From NCBI GenBank assembly GCA_042571445.1, contig JBHPFT010000003.1, positions 1 through 32,185 on the forward strand: a DNA stretch of 32,185 bases, in the 5' to 3' direction. How positions within the stretch are numbered: the stretch's first letter is position 1; each line of letters opens with the position of its first letter. Both the position numbers and the translations under genes were made by a program. Shown piece after piece: positions 19,011 through 28,327 of the stretch. The DNA comes from Patescibacteria group bacterium (GTDB taxonomy: Bacteria; Patescibacteriota; WWE3; UBA101185; UBA10185). The notes under the pieces were generated by a model, which was not told the DNA's origin, searched no databases, and worked only from the letters and a program-made list of their open reading frames with translations.

Positions 19011-19331
19011 TTAAAATTTAAACCACTGATCGGCATACTTACCGATTACTGGTAATGGTTCTTTCTTACCAGCTACTGCATTTAATATCCCAATGATCCA
19101 TAGTACAAAGATCAATAAGGGAGCTAGCATAGCAATCAACCAACCAATGATTGGGATCCAACCAACGACTGCAGTTGCCACAAGTCCACAAACAATGAGA
19201 AGACTTTGTTTTACGTGGAACTTAACAAAGGGGTCCTTTGCAGAATCGGTTAGGAGTGGAACAAAAAACAAAAGATAGGCAACAACTGCCATACCTGTGT
19301 TTTTCTCAGTAGTAGAACTACTTTTTGCCAT
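19011..19331 (-). CDS. DUF4870 (Tic20-like) membrane protein
   Basis: AVVAYLLFFVPLL...KDPFVKFHVKQSL...GK..PLPVIG; AAGGAG Shine-Dalgarno. Confidence 0.85.
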   Translation of the reverse strand: MAKSSSTTEKNTGMAVVAYLLFFVPLLTDSAKDPFVKFHVKQSLLIVCGLVATAVVGWIPIIGWLIAMLAPLLIFVLWIIGILNAVAGKKEPLPVIGKYADQWFKF

Positions 19332-19374
19332 ATGTTCTCCTTAACAGGAATTTGTTACTGAATAAAATTATACA

Positions 19375-19719
19375 CTAGCCTATTCTAATTGCTTTACCGT
19401 TTATTAGAGCATCAGCAATCTTTTTATTTGCACTGTCTAGAGTTCTTGCAAAGGTAGGTTGAGATATTCCCATCTTTTTTGCAGATGTTTTTTGGTCTAA
19501 ACCATCTACCTCATAAAGCTTTATGGCCTCTATTTCTTCATCGCTTAGAATAACTTCTTCCAAGTTTCTTAGAGGAATCCCTTGTGGTTTAAAGTATCTT
19601 ACATCTGTATCAAACCCTAGTCTTCTTTTTATTCTAGGTCTCCCAGGACCACATTTTCCTGCACCTCTACCAGTTAACGCCCCTTTGCCTAATGGACCAG
19701 AACCATCAAAATTTGGCAT
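19375..19719 (-). CDS. DUF134 family predicted DNA-binding protein with an N-terminal DUF5320-like Gly-rich segment
   Basis: YFKPQGIPL..LEEV.L..EEIEAIKL....GL.Q..SAKKMGISQPTFAR.L.SA.KKIADAL.NGKAIRI; N-terminus MPNFDGSGPLGKGALTGRGAGKC. Confidence 0.9.
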   Translation of the reverse strand: MPNFDGSGPLGKGALTGRGAGKCGPGRPRIKRRLGFDTDVRYFKPQGIPLRNLEEVILSDEEIEAIKLYEVDGLDQKTSAKKMGISQPTFARTLDSANKKIADALINGKAIRIG

Positions 19720-19745
19720 TTAAAACACCTTCTTTCTTAAATAAA

Positions 19746-19793
19746 TATATTATGAATACACATTCATTATATACTTAATATATTTTGTGTCAA
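19746..19793 (-). promoter_or_regulatory. sigma70 promoter overlapped by a 28-bp inverted repeat (candidate operator)
   Basis: Minus strand TTGACA (19788-19793), 16 nt, TATAAT (19766-19771). Inverted repeat TATATTATGAAT-ACAC-ATTCATTATATA (19746-19773, 11/12 match). Confidence 0.7.
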
Positions 19794-20194
19794 ACGAGAG
19801 TTCTTTGTATAAGGACTTTATAGTAGATGTATAAAGTAAAGAGATTTGTAGGTATTTGAAAAAGCCAGATAGATAAAAGATTATCTGCTGAGCTTATATA
19901 CCCTTGTGTGACATAGTGGAGAGGTACATAGATAATAGGAGCCCACAAAAAGCTAAGTAGAAATACCCATGCTAGGTGGTACTTTCTACCAATAAATAGT
20001 TTTTTGAAAAACTTTGCTGATATAAAACCCCACATAAGAAAATCAAAAACTACACCTAAACAGGCAAGAGGGGCCTGAACAATTCTTTGGCTTAACCCTC
20101 TAAACATCATTTTATATATCCCATACGCAAATATAATTGATGTGATATTTGAGAAAGCAAGAATAAAGCTATTTATTGATACTTTTTTAATCAA
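19790..20194 (-). CDS. hypothetical membrane protein (about 4 TM)
   Basis: Hydrophobic ORF whose TTG start overlaps the upstream TGA. Confidence 0.6.
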   Translation of the reverse strand: MIKKVSINSFILAFSNITSIIFAYGIYKMMFRGLSQRIVQAPLACLGVVFDFLMWGFISAKFFKKLFIGRKYHLAWVFLLSFLWAPIIYVPLHYVTQGYISSADNLLSIWLFQIPTNLFTLYIYYKVLIQRTLV

Positions 20195-20844
20195 GTTTCT
20201 AATATTTCGACAGAATTTATTATTACAGGCTCAATTGGTAAGGAAGTCTCTCCACCCGGACTCTGCGTTACCTCACTTTCAGCAATTGCATCTAGGACAT
20301 CAAGACCGTCAATAACCTTTCCAAAGATTACATAGTTTTTAGGTAGGTCTGGCTGATCTTTGTGAACAATAAAAAACTGACTACCATTAGTATTAGGACC
20401 ACTGTTTGCCATAGCAACTATTCCTCTTTCGTAATCCTTTGTTATTTCTTCATCACTAAAGTTATAACCCGGGCCTCCCGTTCCATTTCCAAGGGGGTCT
20501 CCACCCTGAATCATGAAGTTATTAACTATCCTATGAAAGATTGTTCCATTATAAAAACCTAATCTTGAGAGATACACAAAGTTAGTTACTGCTACTTGGG
20601 TTTCAAGTGAATAAAGCTCAATAGTCATATTTCCTTTGGTTGTTTTGATTACAGCAGTGTAACTTTTAGTAGGATCTACCCTTTCTGTTGGAGGGGGTAC
20701 GTTGGTCTTTTCTGTTGTTTGTGATGTATTTAGCACTTCTTCTGGATTCCTTGTTGTATCAAAATTTTTATCAACTGAAAATATTACTAGTATTAATATT
20801 AAAGCAGGAATGCCAAGTAATGTAAGTAAGTTTTTATTATTCAT
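20191..20844 (-). CDS. membrane-anchored cyclophilin-type peptidyl-prolyl cis-trans isomerase
   Basis: FHRIV.NFMIQGGDP.G.GTGGPGY, AMANSGPNTNGSQFFI, FGKV; N-terminal TM. Confidence 0.93.
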   Translation of the reverse strand: MNNKNLLTLLGIPALILILVIFSVDKNFDTTRNPEEVLNTSQTTEKTNVPPPTERVDPTKSYTAVIKTTKGNMTIELYSLETQVAVTNFVYLSRLGFYNGTIFHRIVNNFMIQGGDPLGNGTGGPGYNFSDEEITKDYERGIVAMANSGPNTNGSQFFIVHKDQPDLPKNYVIFGKVIDGLDVLDAIAESEVTQSPGGETSLPIEPVIINSVEILET

Positions 20845-20859
20845 ATTTTTGAAGGCAGT

Positions 20860-21798
20860 TTAAAGATTTGATCTAAAATATTCTATAGTTTTTTCAAGTC
20901 CTGTTTCAAGGTCTGTTAAAGGTTGCCAACCTAGCTTCTCCTTAGCAAGTGAAATATCTGGCTTTCTCCTAGATGGGTCTCCCTCAGGTCGTTCTACATA
21001 TTCTAACTTTGATTTAGAGTTTGTCATTTTAATTATTTTTTCAGCAAGTTCTTTTATGGTTAGTTCAATTGGGTTACCAATGTTAATAGGCCCTTGAAAT
21101 GTTGGATGATTCATTAGTTTATAGTCACCATCTACTTGATCATCTACGTAACAAAACGATCTAGTTTGGGAGCCATCTCCATGTATTGTTATTGGGTCTC
21201 CTCGTAAGGCTTGAAGAACAAAATTTGAAACTACTCTACCATCATCCTTAAACATCCTAGGGCCATAAGTATTAAAAATCCTCACTATTCTTATCTCTAA
21301 ACCATGTTGTCTGTGGTAATCCATAAAAAGAGTTTCTGCTACTCTCTTGCCTTCTTCATAACATGCTCTTGGGCTTAAGGTATGAACATTACCTCTGTAA
21401 GTTTCTTTTTGAGGGTGCTCTAAAGGATCTCCATAAACTTCAGATGTAGAAAACTGCATAATTCTAGCCTGATGTCTTTTAGCAAGGCCGAGCATATTTA
21501 TTACGCCCAGCGTATTAGCCTTTATTGTTCTGACTGGATTTTTCTTATAATGAACTGGGGATGCTGGACAAGCTAAATTATAGACTTGATCAATTACCTC
21601 ATCATCTAGAAATAAAGGATCAATAATATCGTGGTTGATGAATTTAAAGTTTTTATTTTTAAGTAAATGTTTAATATTTCTTTTTTGACCAGTAAAGAGA
21701 TTATCAACACAAATTACATTCTCTCCCTTATCAAGTAACTTTTCACAAAGAAAGCTACCTATAAAACCTGCTCCGCCTGTAACTAAAACCGTTTTCAT
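20860..21798 (-). CDS. UDP-glucuronic acid decarboxylase (UDP-xylose synthase), extended SDR
   Basis: [56 protein letters not shown]. Confidence 0.92.
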   Translation of the reverse strand: MKTVLVTGGAGFIGSFLCEKLLDKGENVICVDNLFTGQKRNIKHLLKNKNFKFINHDIIDPLFLDDEVIDQVYNLACPASPVHYKKNPVRTIKANTLGVINMLGLAKRHQARIMQFSTSEVYGDPLEHPQKETYRGNVHTLSPRACYEEGKRVAETLFMDYHRQHGLEIRIVRIFNTYGPRMFKDDGRVVSNFVLQALRGDPITIHGDGSQTRSFCYVDDQVDGDYKLMNHPTFQGPINIGNPIELTIKELAEKIIKMTNSKSKLEYVERPEGDPSRRKPDISLAKEKLGWQPLTDLETGLEKTIEYFRSNL

Positions 21799-21802
21799 AA
21801 TA

Positions 21803-22408
21803 TTAGTAACCTTTCCAAATTTTATCCTTCTTTAACTTCCTAAGAACAACATAATACATTAATCCTGCAAGAATTGTAAGAAGACCACTTACCATCAAAA
21901 ATATTCTAATTCCATATAAACTTGCAAGGTATCCTCCAAGGAAGGCACCTAATGCTGCTGAGAATAGAATTACAGAATCATCTGTTCCCCACAGGAGTGT
22001 TCCTGTTCCCTTTTCACCTTTTAATATGTTCGAAAATACAGTTTTATCTGCTGCAGAGTACATAGCAGCAGCTAATCCCAAGATAAACTGAAAGAGATAT
22101 AAGTGCCACACACTAGTAGAAAAAGTGAATGCCATAAAGGTAAAACCTCTTAAAAAGTATCCCCCTATTACAAATGAGGCTTCGTCTCTTAGTCCCTTTC
22201 TTTTTTCTTCAATAAAGCTAAACACTGGTTCAACTGTACCTGCTGTTAAGAAAAAGATTAATGATGATGTTCCAATCTCAACAAGTGTAACTCCTCTCAA
22301 TTCCTCTAGAAAGAAGATTGCTAAGAAAGGTTGGATAAGTTTTTGTGCCATCCAAAATATTGAGTGTGCTAGGATGATTGTTTTAACCTTACCGTCGATT
22401 TTAGGCAT
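21803..22408 (-). CDS. half-size (6-TM) MFS transporter-like protein
   Basis: 201 aa with about six TMs and an MFS-like LY..QF..G...A pattern; intact start with a -10 box and an intact stop. Confidence 0.7.
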   Translation of the reverse strand: MPKIDGKVKTIILAHSIFWMAQKLIQPFLAIFFLEELRGVTLVEIGTSSLIFFLTAGTVEPVFSFIEEKRKGLRDEASFVIGGYFLRGFTFMAFTFSTSVWHLYLFQFILGLAAAMYSAADKTVFSNILKGEKGTGTLLWGTDDSVILFSAALGAFLGGYLASLYGIRIFLMVSGLLTILAGLMYYVVLRKLKKDKIWKGY

Positions 22409-22415
22409 ATAAAAA

Positions 22416-23231
22416 TTATATCTCAGATTCTAGAAGTTTTTTAATCATTGTTATTTTTTTCTCAGTAGCCTCTACCCCATCTTCAATGACTTCTTTTTCT
22501 TTTACAAACTTTAGAAACCACTCAAGTCTGAGTTTAGATATAAATTTTTGTTTAGAAATTCTTGGAGTAATAACTACGTCTGCCTCTCTACAGTTATATT
22601 CTGCAAGTTTATCTATCATGGCCCTGTTTGTTGCTAGTAATATTCTTGTTTTATAGACAAAGTCTTCTTCTTTCATTGGAAAAAATCCTGTATTTAGATT
22701 AACTGCAATAACAAAATCAGCACCCATCTCTCTTACAGCTCTAACAGGGACCGGTTCAGTTGATGCCCCATCTATAAGAATTTTACCCCTTCTTTTTTGT
22801 GGATCGAAAAGAATTGGAACAGAGCAACTGGCCCTTATTGATTGGGCAAGATTCCCGTGCCTAATATAGACAGTTTTTCCAGTAATTAAATCAGTGGATA
22901 CAGCGCAAAACTTAATATCGAGGTCTTCGATATCTTTATCTTTTGTTATTTTATTCAAGTACTTAGCAGCCTTGTCACCTTTTAATAAACCAGATTTTAA
23001 ATGGGGGTCAGAAAAAATCTTCAAAAGATCCCTATAACCGAAGTTTAAGAAAAAATTTTCTAGTTTTTCTGAGTTACCAAAGTATGAGTAAAGTCCACCG
23101 ATTAACGAACCAGCACTACTTCCAGCTACGTAATCTATTGGTATACCGGCTTTTTCCAAGGTTTTTATTACTCCGACATGTGCAAGACCTTTCCAACCAC
23201 CACTTCCCAGGGCTAATCCTACTTTTTTCAT
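22416..23231 (-). CDS. patatin-like phospholipase (RssA/NTE family)
   Basis: LALGSGGWKGLAHVGV, GSSAG nucleophile elbow, IRASCSVP, IDGA. Start moved to the second Met (TATAAT 7 nt upstream). Confidence 0.9.
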   Translation of the reverse strand: MKKVGLALGSGGWKGLAHVGVIKTLEKAGIPIDYVAGSSAGSLIGGLYSYFGNSEKLENFFLNFGYRDLLKIFSDPHLKSGLLKGDKAAKYLNKITKDKDIEDLDIKFCAVSTDLITGKTVYIRHGNLAQSIRASCSVPILFDPQKRRGKILIDGASTEPVPVRAVREMGADFVIAVNLNTGFFPMKEEDFVYKTRILLATNRAMIDKLAEYNCREADVVITPRISKQKFISKLRLEWFLKFVKEKEVIEDGVEATEKKITMIKKLLESEI

Positions 23232-23260
23232 ATGACCCATTATATTACAATTAGAGTGTC

Positions 23261-24094
23261 ATGTACTTAACTGCCGATTTTGGAGCTACTAATACAAGAG
23301 TTGCTTCCTCTAATGATTTAAAATCTATTCTCAAGATTAAAAAATTTGAAACATCTCCTGATTTTGATGAACAAGTAAAACTTTTAAATGATACTTTTGA
23401 AAAGCTTTCCAAGGGAGAGAGGGTCAAAGGTATTTGTGTGGGATCCGCAGGAACTCTTGATCAAAAAGAAAGAAAGTTTGTGAGATCTGTAAACTACGAA
23501 GTTAAAGATGGAAAAAGCCTTGATGAGTTGTTGGATGACAGATTTAAAGATATTCCTTTGTGTGTGGAAAATGATGCATCTCTTGCAGGTCTAGGAGAGG
23601 CTATGTTTGGATCTGGAAAAAAATATGATGTAGTCGCATATCTAACACTTAGTACTGGAGTAGGGGGTGTGAGAGTTGATAAATCAAATGAAGAAATCAC
23701 ATATTTTCCAGCAGAACCTGGACACCACATCACTTTAGAGGATGGAAGACTTCATCAAAAAAGTGGACTATTTGGTTCTATGGAAAGTTATGTATCTGGA
23801 ACATCTTTTGAAGAGATTTTTGGTGAAGCTCCTGAGTTTTGTGAAGATAAAGAAGCTTGGGATCTTTATGCAAAACACCTATCTACTGGGTTACTAAATG
23901 TTATTGCTTTTTGGAACCCTGAAATTATTGTCCTTGGAGGAGGGGTTAGTAACCAGTTTGATAGATTTTATGAGCCCCTTATGAAATACTTAGGGGACCA
24001 AGACTTTTTTAAGATACCTGAAATAAAAAGGAGTAAACTTGAAGATAAAGCAGGTATCTATGGAGGTTTTGTACACTTAAAAAACTGTCTATGA
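23261..24094 (+). CDS. ROK family sugar kinase
   Basis: DFGATN, VENDA..A.LGE..FG.G, LTLSTGVGG, EPGHH, IVLGGGV. Confidence 0.9.
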   Translation: MYLTADFGATNTRVASSNDLKSILKIKKFETSPDFDEQVKLLNDTFEKLSKGERVKGICVGSAGTLDQKERKFVRSVNYEVKDGKSLDELLDDRFKDIPLCVENDASLAGLGEAMFGSGKKYDVVAYLTLSTGVGGVRVDKSNEEITYFPAEPGHHITLEDGRLHQKSGLFGSMESYVSGTSFEEIFGEAPEFCEDKEAWDLYAKHLSTGLLNVIAFWNPEIIVLGGGVSNQFDRFYEPLMKYLGDQDFFKIPEIKRSKLEDKAGIYGGFVHLKNCL

Positions 24095-24522
24095 AATTTG
24101 TAATCATATATAAATATAAATCTACTGAAGATAAGCACGAGCTTGAACGCGAGTTGGAGCAACTCTCAACGTTAATCTCGACACTTGATAGCCATGAAAC
24201 CTTCATTTTTGATAAGGATGTAAAAAAATGGCAAGAAGTAGATGTTCCAAGAGATCAAGCCTCACTAATTGTTTTTAAAGAGTTAAAAGAATGTGACGCT
24301 GTTATTGCTTATATTAACCACAGTAACCCATCAGAAGGAATGCATCTTGAAGCTGGATATGCTAAAGCTCTCGGTAAAGAGATAATTTTATGTGTTAAAA
24401 AAGGAGAAAGTACTGGAAGAATGAGACCAATTTCAGATACCTTTATTCAATTTAAAGATTTTGAAGATTTAAAGAAACAACTCACTGACTATTTGAATAA
24501 AGCTGTCGCTGTATCCCAGTAA
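24091..24522 (+). CDS. nucleoside 2-deoxyribosyltransferase-like protein
   Basis: ECDAVIA.....SEGMHLEAGYAKALGKEII motif; ATGA coupling to the ROK gene. Confidence 0.75.
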   Translation: MKFVIIYKYKSTEDKHELERELEQLSTLISTLDSHETFIFDKDVKKWQEVDVPRDQASLIVFKELKECDAVIAYINHSNPSEGMHLEAGYAKALGKEIILCVKKGESTGRMRPISDTFIQFKDFEDLKKQLTDYLNKAVAVSQ

Positions 24523-25571
24523 AAACCATTATTGTTCTGAGTTTTTTCCCAGTACCACCACTCTACTCCCCAAAGATATATATTTTTAAATCCTGATTTT
24601 TGTGCATAACTAAGAGTTGTTAAGAAATCATTTCTACTCATTGTTTTATTCTTTTCTGCTTCAGACAATTGATCATTTCTACCTGGTCCCCAGGGTTCCC
24701 CTTGAAGCTCAGTAACATATATTTTATCCATAGGAACACCAACAAGATTTGCCTTTATCTTATATGTCCAGTGACCTAGTGGATACTGAAAGTATATAAA
24801 TTTACCAAAAAAGATATGCCAAAAGTCATACCAAATCTTTCGATACATAGATATACCTAAGTAATCTCCCATGTCATATGTTGGTTTCCAGACCCCACCC
24901 TCTCCACTATCTTGGACCATTATTGGTCTATCATCTAGTTCTCTAACCAATTCAATTTCTTTTTCGACCACATACTTTTCTATCTCAGGATTATCACATG
25001 TACCAAATGGCCAGAATGGCTCATTTTCTACTTGCCACATTTTTATACTTTGGTATCCTTGCAACTCCTTTACAGTATGCGTTATATACTCATAAAGAAC
25101 TTGCTCCTTTAGATTGTTAGAACTTAGGTTTTTCCACCACAAGGGTTCGAAACATTCGGGGTACCTTGGGACCTTTCTACCAAGAGATAGTATTACATTT
25201 AAATTTCTTTTTTCAGCTTCGTCCAGCTGCCATTTAATGTTTTCAAAGTTGTATACATCCTGATTCTCCTCAATTTCATCCCAGTAAGTAATTAATCTCA
25301 GATTCTTTGCTCCCAAATCATCAAGTGTTTTTAAGTACACCTCTTTCCAATTAAGTCCAATCTCTTTTGCATACTTGTTACTAAATGTGACTCCGTAGGT
25401 GATATCGTGCTGAACCTTAGGTCTAAGAATAAGAAAGATAATTACAGGAGATATAATAACGAAGGCTAGTAATATAAAAATGATCTTTATAATTTTTATG
25501 GAGAAAAATCTTCGTAGATAGCGCCCCGCTTTGGAAAGCTGTTTTTGTATGGCAGTTCTTCTTTCAAACAT
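24489..25571 (-). CDS. membrane-anchored clan GH-A glycoside hydrolase (GH5/GH35/GH42-like)
   Basis: N-terminal TM, YGVTFS, YWDEIE, GRKVPRYPEC, WQVENEPF (acid/base), VTELQGEPW (nucleophile), LWGVEWW. Confidence 0.75.
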   Translation of the reverse strand: MFERRTAIQKQLSKAGRYLRRFFSIKIIKIIFILLAFVIISPVIIFLILRPKVQHDITYGVTFSNKYAKEIGLNWKEVYLKTLDDLGAKNLRLITYWDEIEENQDVYNFENIKWQLDEAEKRNLNVILSLGRKVPRYPECFEPLWWKNLSSNNLKEQVLYEYITHTVKELQGYQSIKMWQVENEPFWPFGTCDNPEIEKYVVEKEIELVRELDDRPIMVQDSGEGGVWKPTYDMGDYLGISMYRKIWYDFWHIFFGKFIYFQYPLGHWTYKIKANLVGVPMDKIYVTELQGEPWGPGRNDQLSEAEKNKTMSRNDFLTTLSYAQKSGFKNIYLWGVEWWYWEKTQNNNGFYWDTATALFK

Positions 25572-25580
25572 TTTTATACG

Positions 25581-26762
25581 TTATCCTCCAATACTATTAT
25601 TATTGCAGATTTTTTGGTAGTAATAAAAGGATTTTCTAGGAACCCTCTTAAGATTTTCATTTCTTTTTATTGCTACAAGACCAAATCTTGGCCAAAATCC
25701 CTCATGCCACTCAAAGTTATCAATTAGAGACCAGTGAAAGTAGCCCTCAAGTTGAGCTCCTTCCTCCATGGCCTCGTAACAAGCAATAAGCATAGATTTA
25801 ATGAAAGTATTTCTAAGTTTATCCTCAGAGTCTGCAAGACCATTCTCTGTAATATATATTGGTTTCTTATATTTTTTTAGATACAGAAGTACTCTTTTTA
25901 GTCCATCTGGGTTTATCCACCAGTTCATATTGCTAACCAGCCCAGGAGGATTTTGAAATCGAAGGTTTTTAATCTTGTTTGTAAAGTAGTAATTAAGACC
26001 TATAACATCACAGTTTCTAGAGATTCTTTTTAGAAAGAAATCACAGTTTAAAAAGAAAAGGAGTCTGGATCCAAGCTTATCCCAAGGCCAGGCTTTTTGA
26101 TATGTTTCATACCAAACAACATTCTTAACCATTCCAACAGGGTAGTTCTTAATAGATTTGATGGCCCTGTATGCCTTGTTATGGGCAGATATCATATGTA
26201 GTTGAACAATAATGGAAGACAAGAAGTTTTTCTTTTGAGGAGGCCACATTCCTATTGTATAGCTCATCAGTGCATAAACTTGAGGCTCATTTATTGTTAA
26301 AAATACATCAACTAGATCTCCAAGACTCTCTGCACACTCTCTTGCATATCTTGCAAACCAAAAAGGAGATCTTGATGCTTCCCACCCGCCTTTCTTACTA
26401 AACCAAAGGGGATTTGTAAAATGATGGAGGGTAACAAAAGTTTTAAGACCCCTTTTCCTAGCTGCCTCTAAAACATCTTTATAGTGATTTAAAGCTTCTT
26501 CAGAGAATGTTCCTTGCTCGGGTTCAATCCTTGCCCATTCTATAGATATTCTTACTCCGTTATTTCCAAGTTCAGCACAGAGATCAAAGTCCTCCTCGTA
26601 CCGATTATATGAGTCGCAAGCAATGCCAGATGATTCTAGGGGATATTTTTGGCCTTCTGTTTTAGCGCTTTCCCATTCCCACCAGTCACTATTCTTATTA
26701 TTTCCTTCTATTTGGTGAGCAGATGTTGCTGTTCCCCATATAAAATCTTGTGGGAATTTCAT
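25581..26762 (-). CDS. glycoside hydrolase family 1 (beta-glucosidase/beta-galactosidase)
   Basis: FP..F.WGTATSAHQIEG, RISIEWARIEP, TLHHF, TINEP, GLNYY, YITENG, WSLIDNFEW. Confidence 0.95.
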   Translation of the reverse strand: MKFPQDFIWGTATSAHQIEGNNKNSDWWEWESAKTEGQKYPLESSGIACDSYNRYEEDFDLCAELGNNGVRISIEWARIEPEQGTFSEEALNHYKDVLEAARKRGLKTFVTLHHFTNPLWFSKKGGWEASRSPFWFARYARECAESLGDLVDVFLTINEPQVYALMSYTIGMWPPQKKNFLSSIIVQLHMISAHNKAYRAIKSIKNYPVGMVKNVVWYETYQKAWPWDKLGSRLLFFLNCDFFLKRISRNCDVIGLNYYFTNKIKNLRFQNPPGLVSNMNWWINPDGLKRVLLYLKKYKKPIYITENGLADSEDKLRNTFIKSMLIACYEAMEEGAQLEGYFHWSLIDNFEWHEGFWPRFGLVAIKRNENLKRVPRKSFYYYQKICNNNSIGG

Positions 26763-27568
26763 AATGCAATTTCAGAGATTCTTTTAAATCTTTCTGGTAG
26801 AGTTTTCTTTAAGAACTTCTCCTTGTCACCTTCTTCTTTCAAGGAAAAGTACTCTTGCCACAAAGCTCTTCCTGCTAAAAACCCAGAACATCCATTTTTA
26901 CATGCAATTTGGAGTTTATTTGTAAAATCATTAAAGTTATCACCTCTTGTTAACATTATCCATGGAGTTTTTCCCAGAACTTCGGTAATGGCCTTACAGT
27001 TTTGTTCATTTCCAGGATATTCAAGTTTAAATACATCTGGTTTTACTCCTTCTTGAAGAACAGCTGCTAGTGCCTCTACAACTTCACCCCCTGTTTCTCC
27101 ATAGGTAACTATTTCTAAAAAGAAGGGTAATCCCTCATCATGAGAGTCTTTCAAAGCGGTTTTTACAGTCTCTATTTGTTTTTTAGTGCTCTGACTTTTG
27201 TGATTGATATAAATTAAAAGTTTAGTACCTAGTGCACCCTGTTCTTTTAGAGCGTGGGCACTGTTCTCAATAGTTGTAAATCTTTCCCCATTTTCTTCGG
27301 TATAGCCTGATACCTCCATAGCAAGAAGAAAGGGTTTTGGTTTAATGTAGTTTGCGGTAGCGTAGGCTTCTAATCCGAAATCCATATCTATTAAAAGACC
27401 ACTCATTTGAGTAAAAACAGCCTCTATAATGGATTTTTTAGCTTCTATAGCATCAAACGGATCTACTTCATCTGGGTTTTTAAGATTAACGAGCTTTCTG
27501 AAGCTTCCCCTATGATCTAGGGCAAGCATTAGGTATTTACCATCTTTAGTAAAGGCAGTAGTATCCAT
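26759..27568 (-). CDS. class I aldolase, tagatose-1,6-bisphosphate aldolase (LacD)/DUF2090-like
   Basis: MLALDHRGSF, KLLIY, PFFLEIV, DVFKLEYP (Schiff-base Lys), GFLAGRALW. Confidence 0.85.
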   Translation of the reverse strand: MDTTAFTKDGKYLMLALDHRGSFRKLVNLKNPDEVDPFDAIEAKKSIIEAVFTQMSGLLIDMDFGLEAYATANYIKPKPFLLAMEVSGYTEENGERFTTIENSAHALKEQGALGTKLLIYINHKSQSTKKQIETVKTALKDSHDEGLPFFLEIVTYGETGGEVVEALAAVLQEGVKPDVFKLEYPGNEQNCKAITEVLGKTPWIMLTRGDNFNDFTNKLQIACKNGCSGFLAGRALWQEYFSLKEEGDKEKFLKKTLPERFKRISEIAL

Positions 27569-27583
27569 CTTCTTTATTTTATA

Positions 27584-28288
27584 CTACTTTTTCTTAAGGT
27601 AGTATTGTCTTTTTGGTTCAGGAAATTTTTCGATGGCATAACGAAGCATAGTTCTTGGCATTTTTAAGGTATATTTATCAAGAAATTTCTCTTCCACTTT
27701 CCTATTTCTATTCCCAACTTCTCGTAACATCCAACCTACAGCTTTATGAATTAAATCGTGATCATCATTAAGGAGAATTTCAGAAATCTTTAAGGCATCT
27801 TTAAAGTCGTTATTTCTTATAAAAGTGTAGGTAGACAAAATAGAGATGCGTTTCTCCCACAGATCTTTTGACCTAGCTAGCTTATAGAGTATTTTTCTGT
27901 CTTTGTCTAAAAGGTAAACTCCAACTATATTTGGTGCAGAGATATCTACAAGATCCCAGTTATTTATATACTTTGTGTTTCGTAGATATAATTTATAAAT
28001 CTTATTTCGTAGTTTTTCGTCTGCTTTCTCGAATTTATGAATAAGAATTCTTAAAGCTACACCTCTGTGAGTATGAATATTGCTTTGAAGTAACTTTTCA
28101 TTCTCAGTTAATGATATATCCATGTATTTCTTTGCAATTTCCTTTGTTACTGCTGTTTTTATACCTAGAAATATATCCCCTTCCCCGTACTCCCCTTTCC
28201 CTGTTTTGAAAAATCTCTGAGAGATAGCTGCATCCCTTTTGTTTGAGTGTTTCTTAAGCTCTTTTTTTAATTCAGATATCTTTGGCAT
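27584..28288 (-). CDS. DNA alkylation repair protein (AlkD-like HEAT-repeat family)
   Basis: RFFKTGKGEYGEGDIFLG, INNWDLVD, LWEKR, HDLIHKAVGWMLREVG, MPRTMLRYAIEKF. Confidence 0.92.
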   Translation of the reverse strand: MPKISELKKELKKHSNKRDAAISQRFFKTGKGEYGEGDIFLGIKTAVTKEIAKKYMDISLTENEKLLQSNIHTHRGVALRILIHKFEKADEKLRNKIYKLYLRNTKYINNWDLVDISAPNIVGVYLLDKDRKILYKLARSKDLWEKRISILSTYTFIRNNDFKDALKISEILLNDDHDLIHKAVGWMLREVGNRNRKVEEKFLDKYTLKMPRTMLRYAIEKFPEPKRQYYLKKK

Positions 28289-28327
28289 ATCAAAATTCTA
28301 ACAGAAATCAGTGTATAATTGATCGGT

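Noticed and set aside
24489-24522. Convergent 3' overlaps (also 18363..18377 and 14601..14604) as a regulatory system
   Set aside because: Short tail-to-tail overlaps are ordinary in compact genomes and no extra structure is visible.
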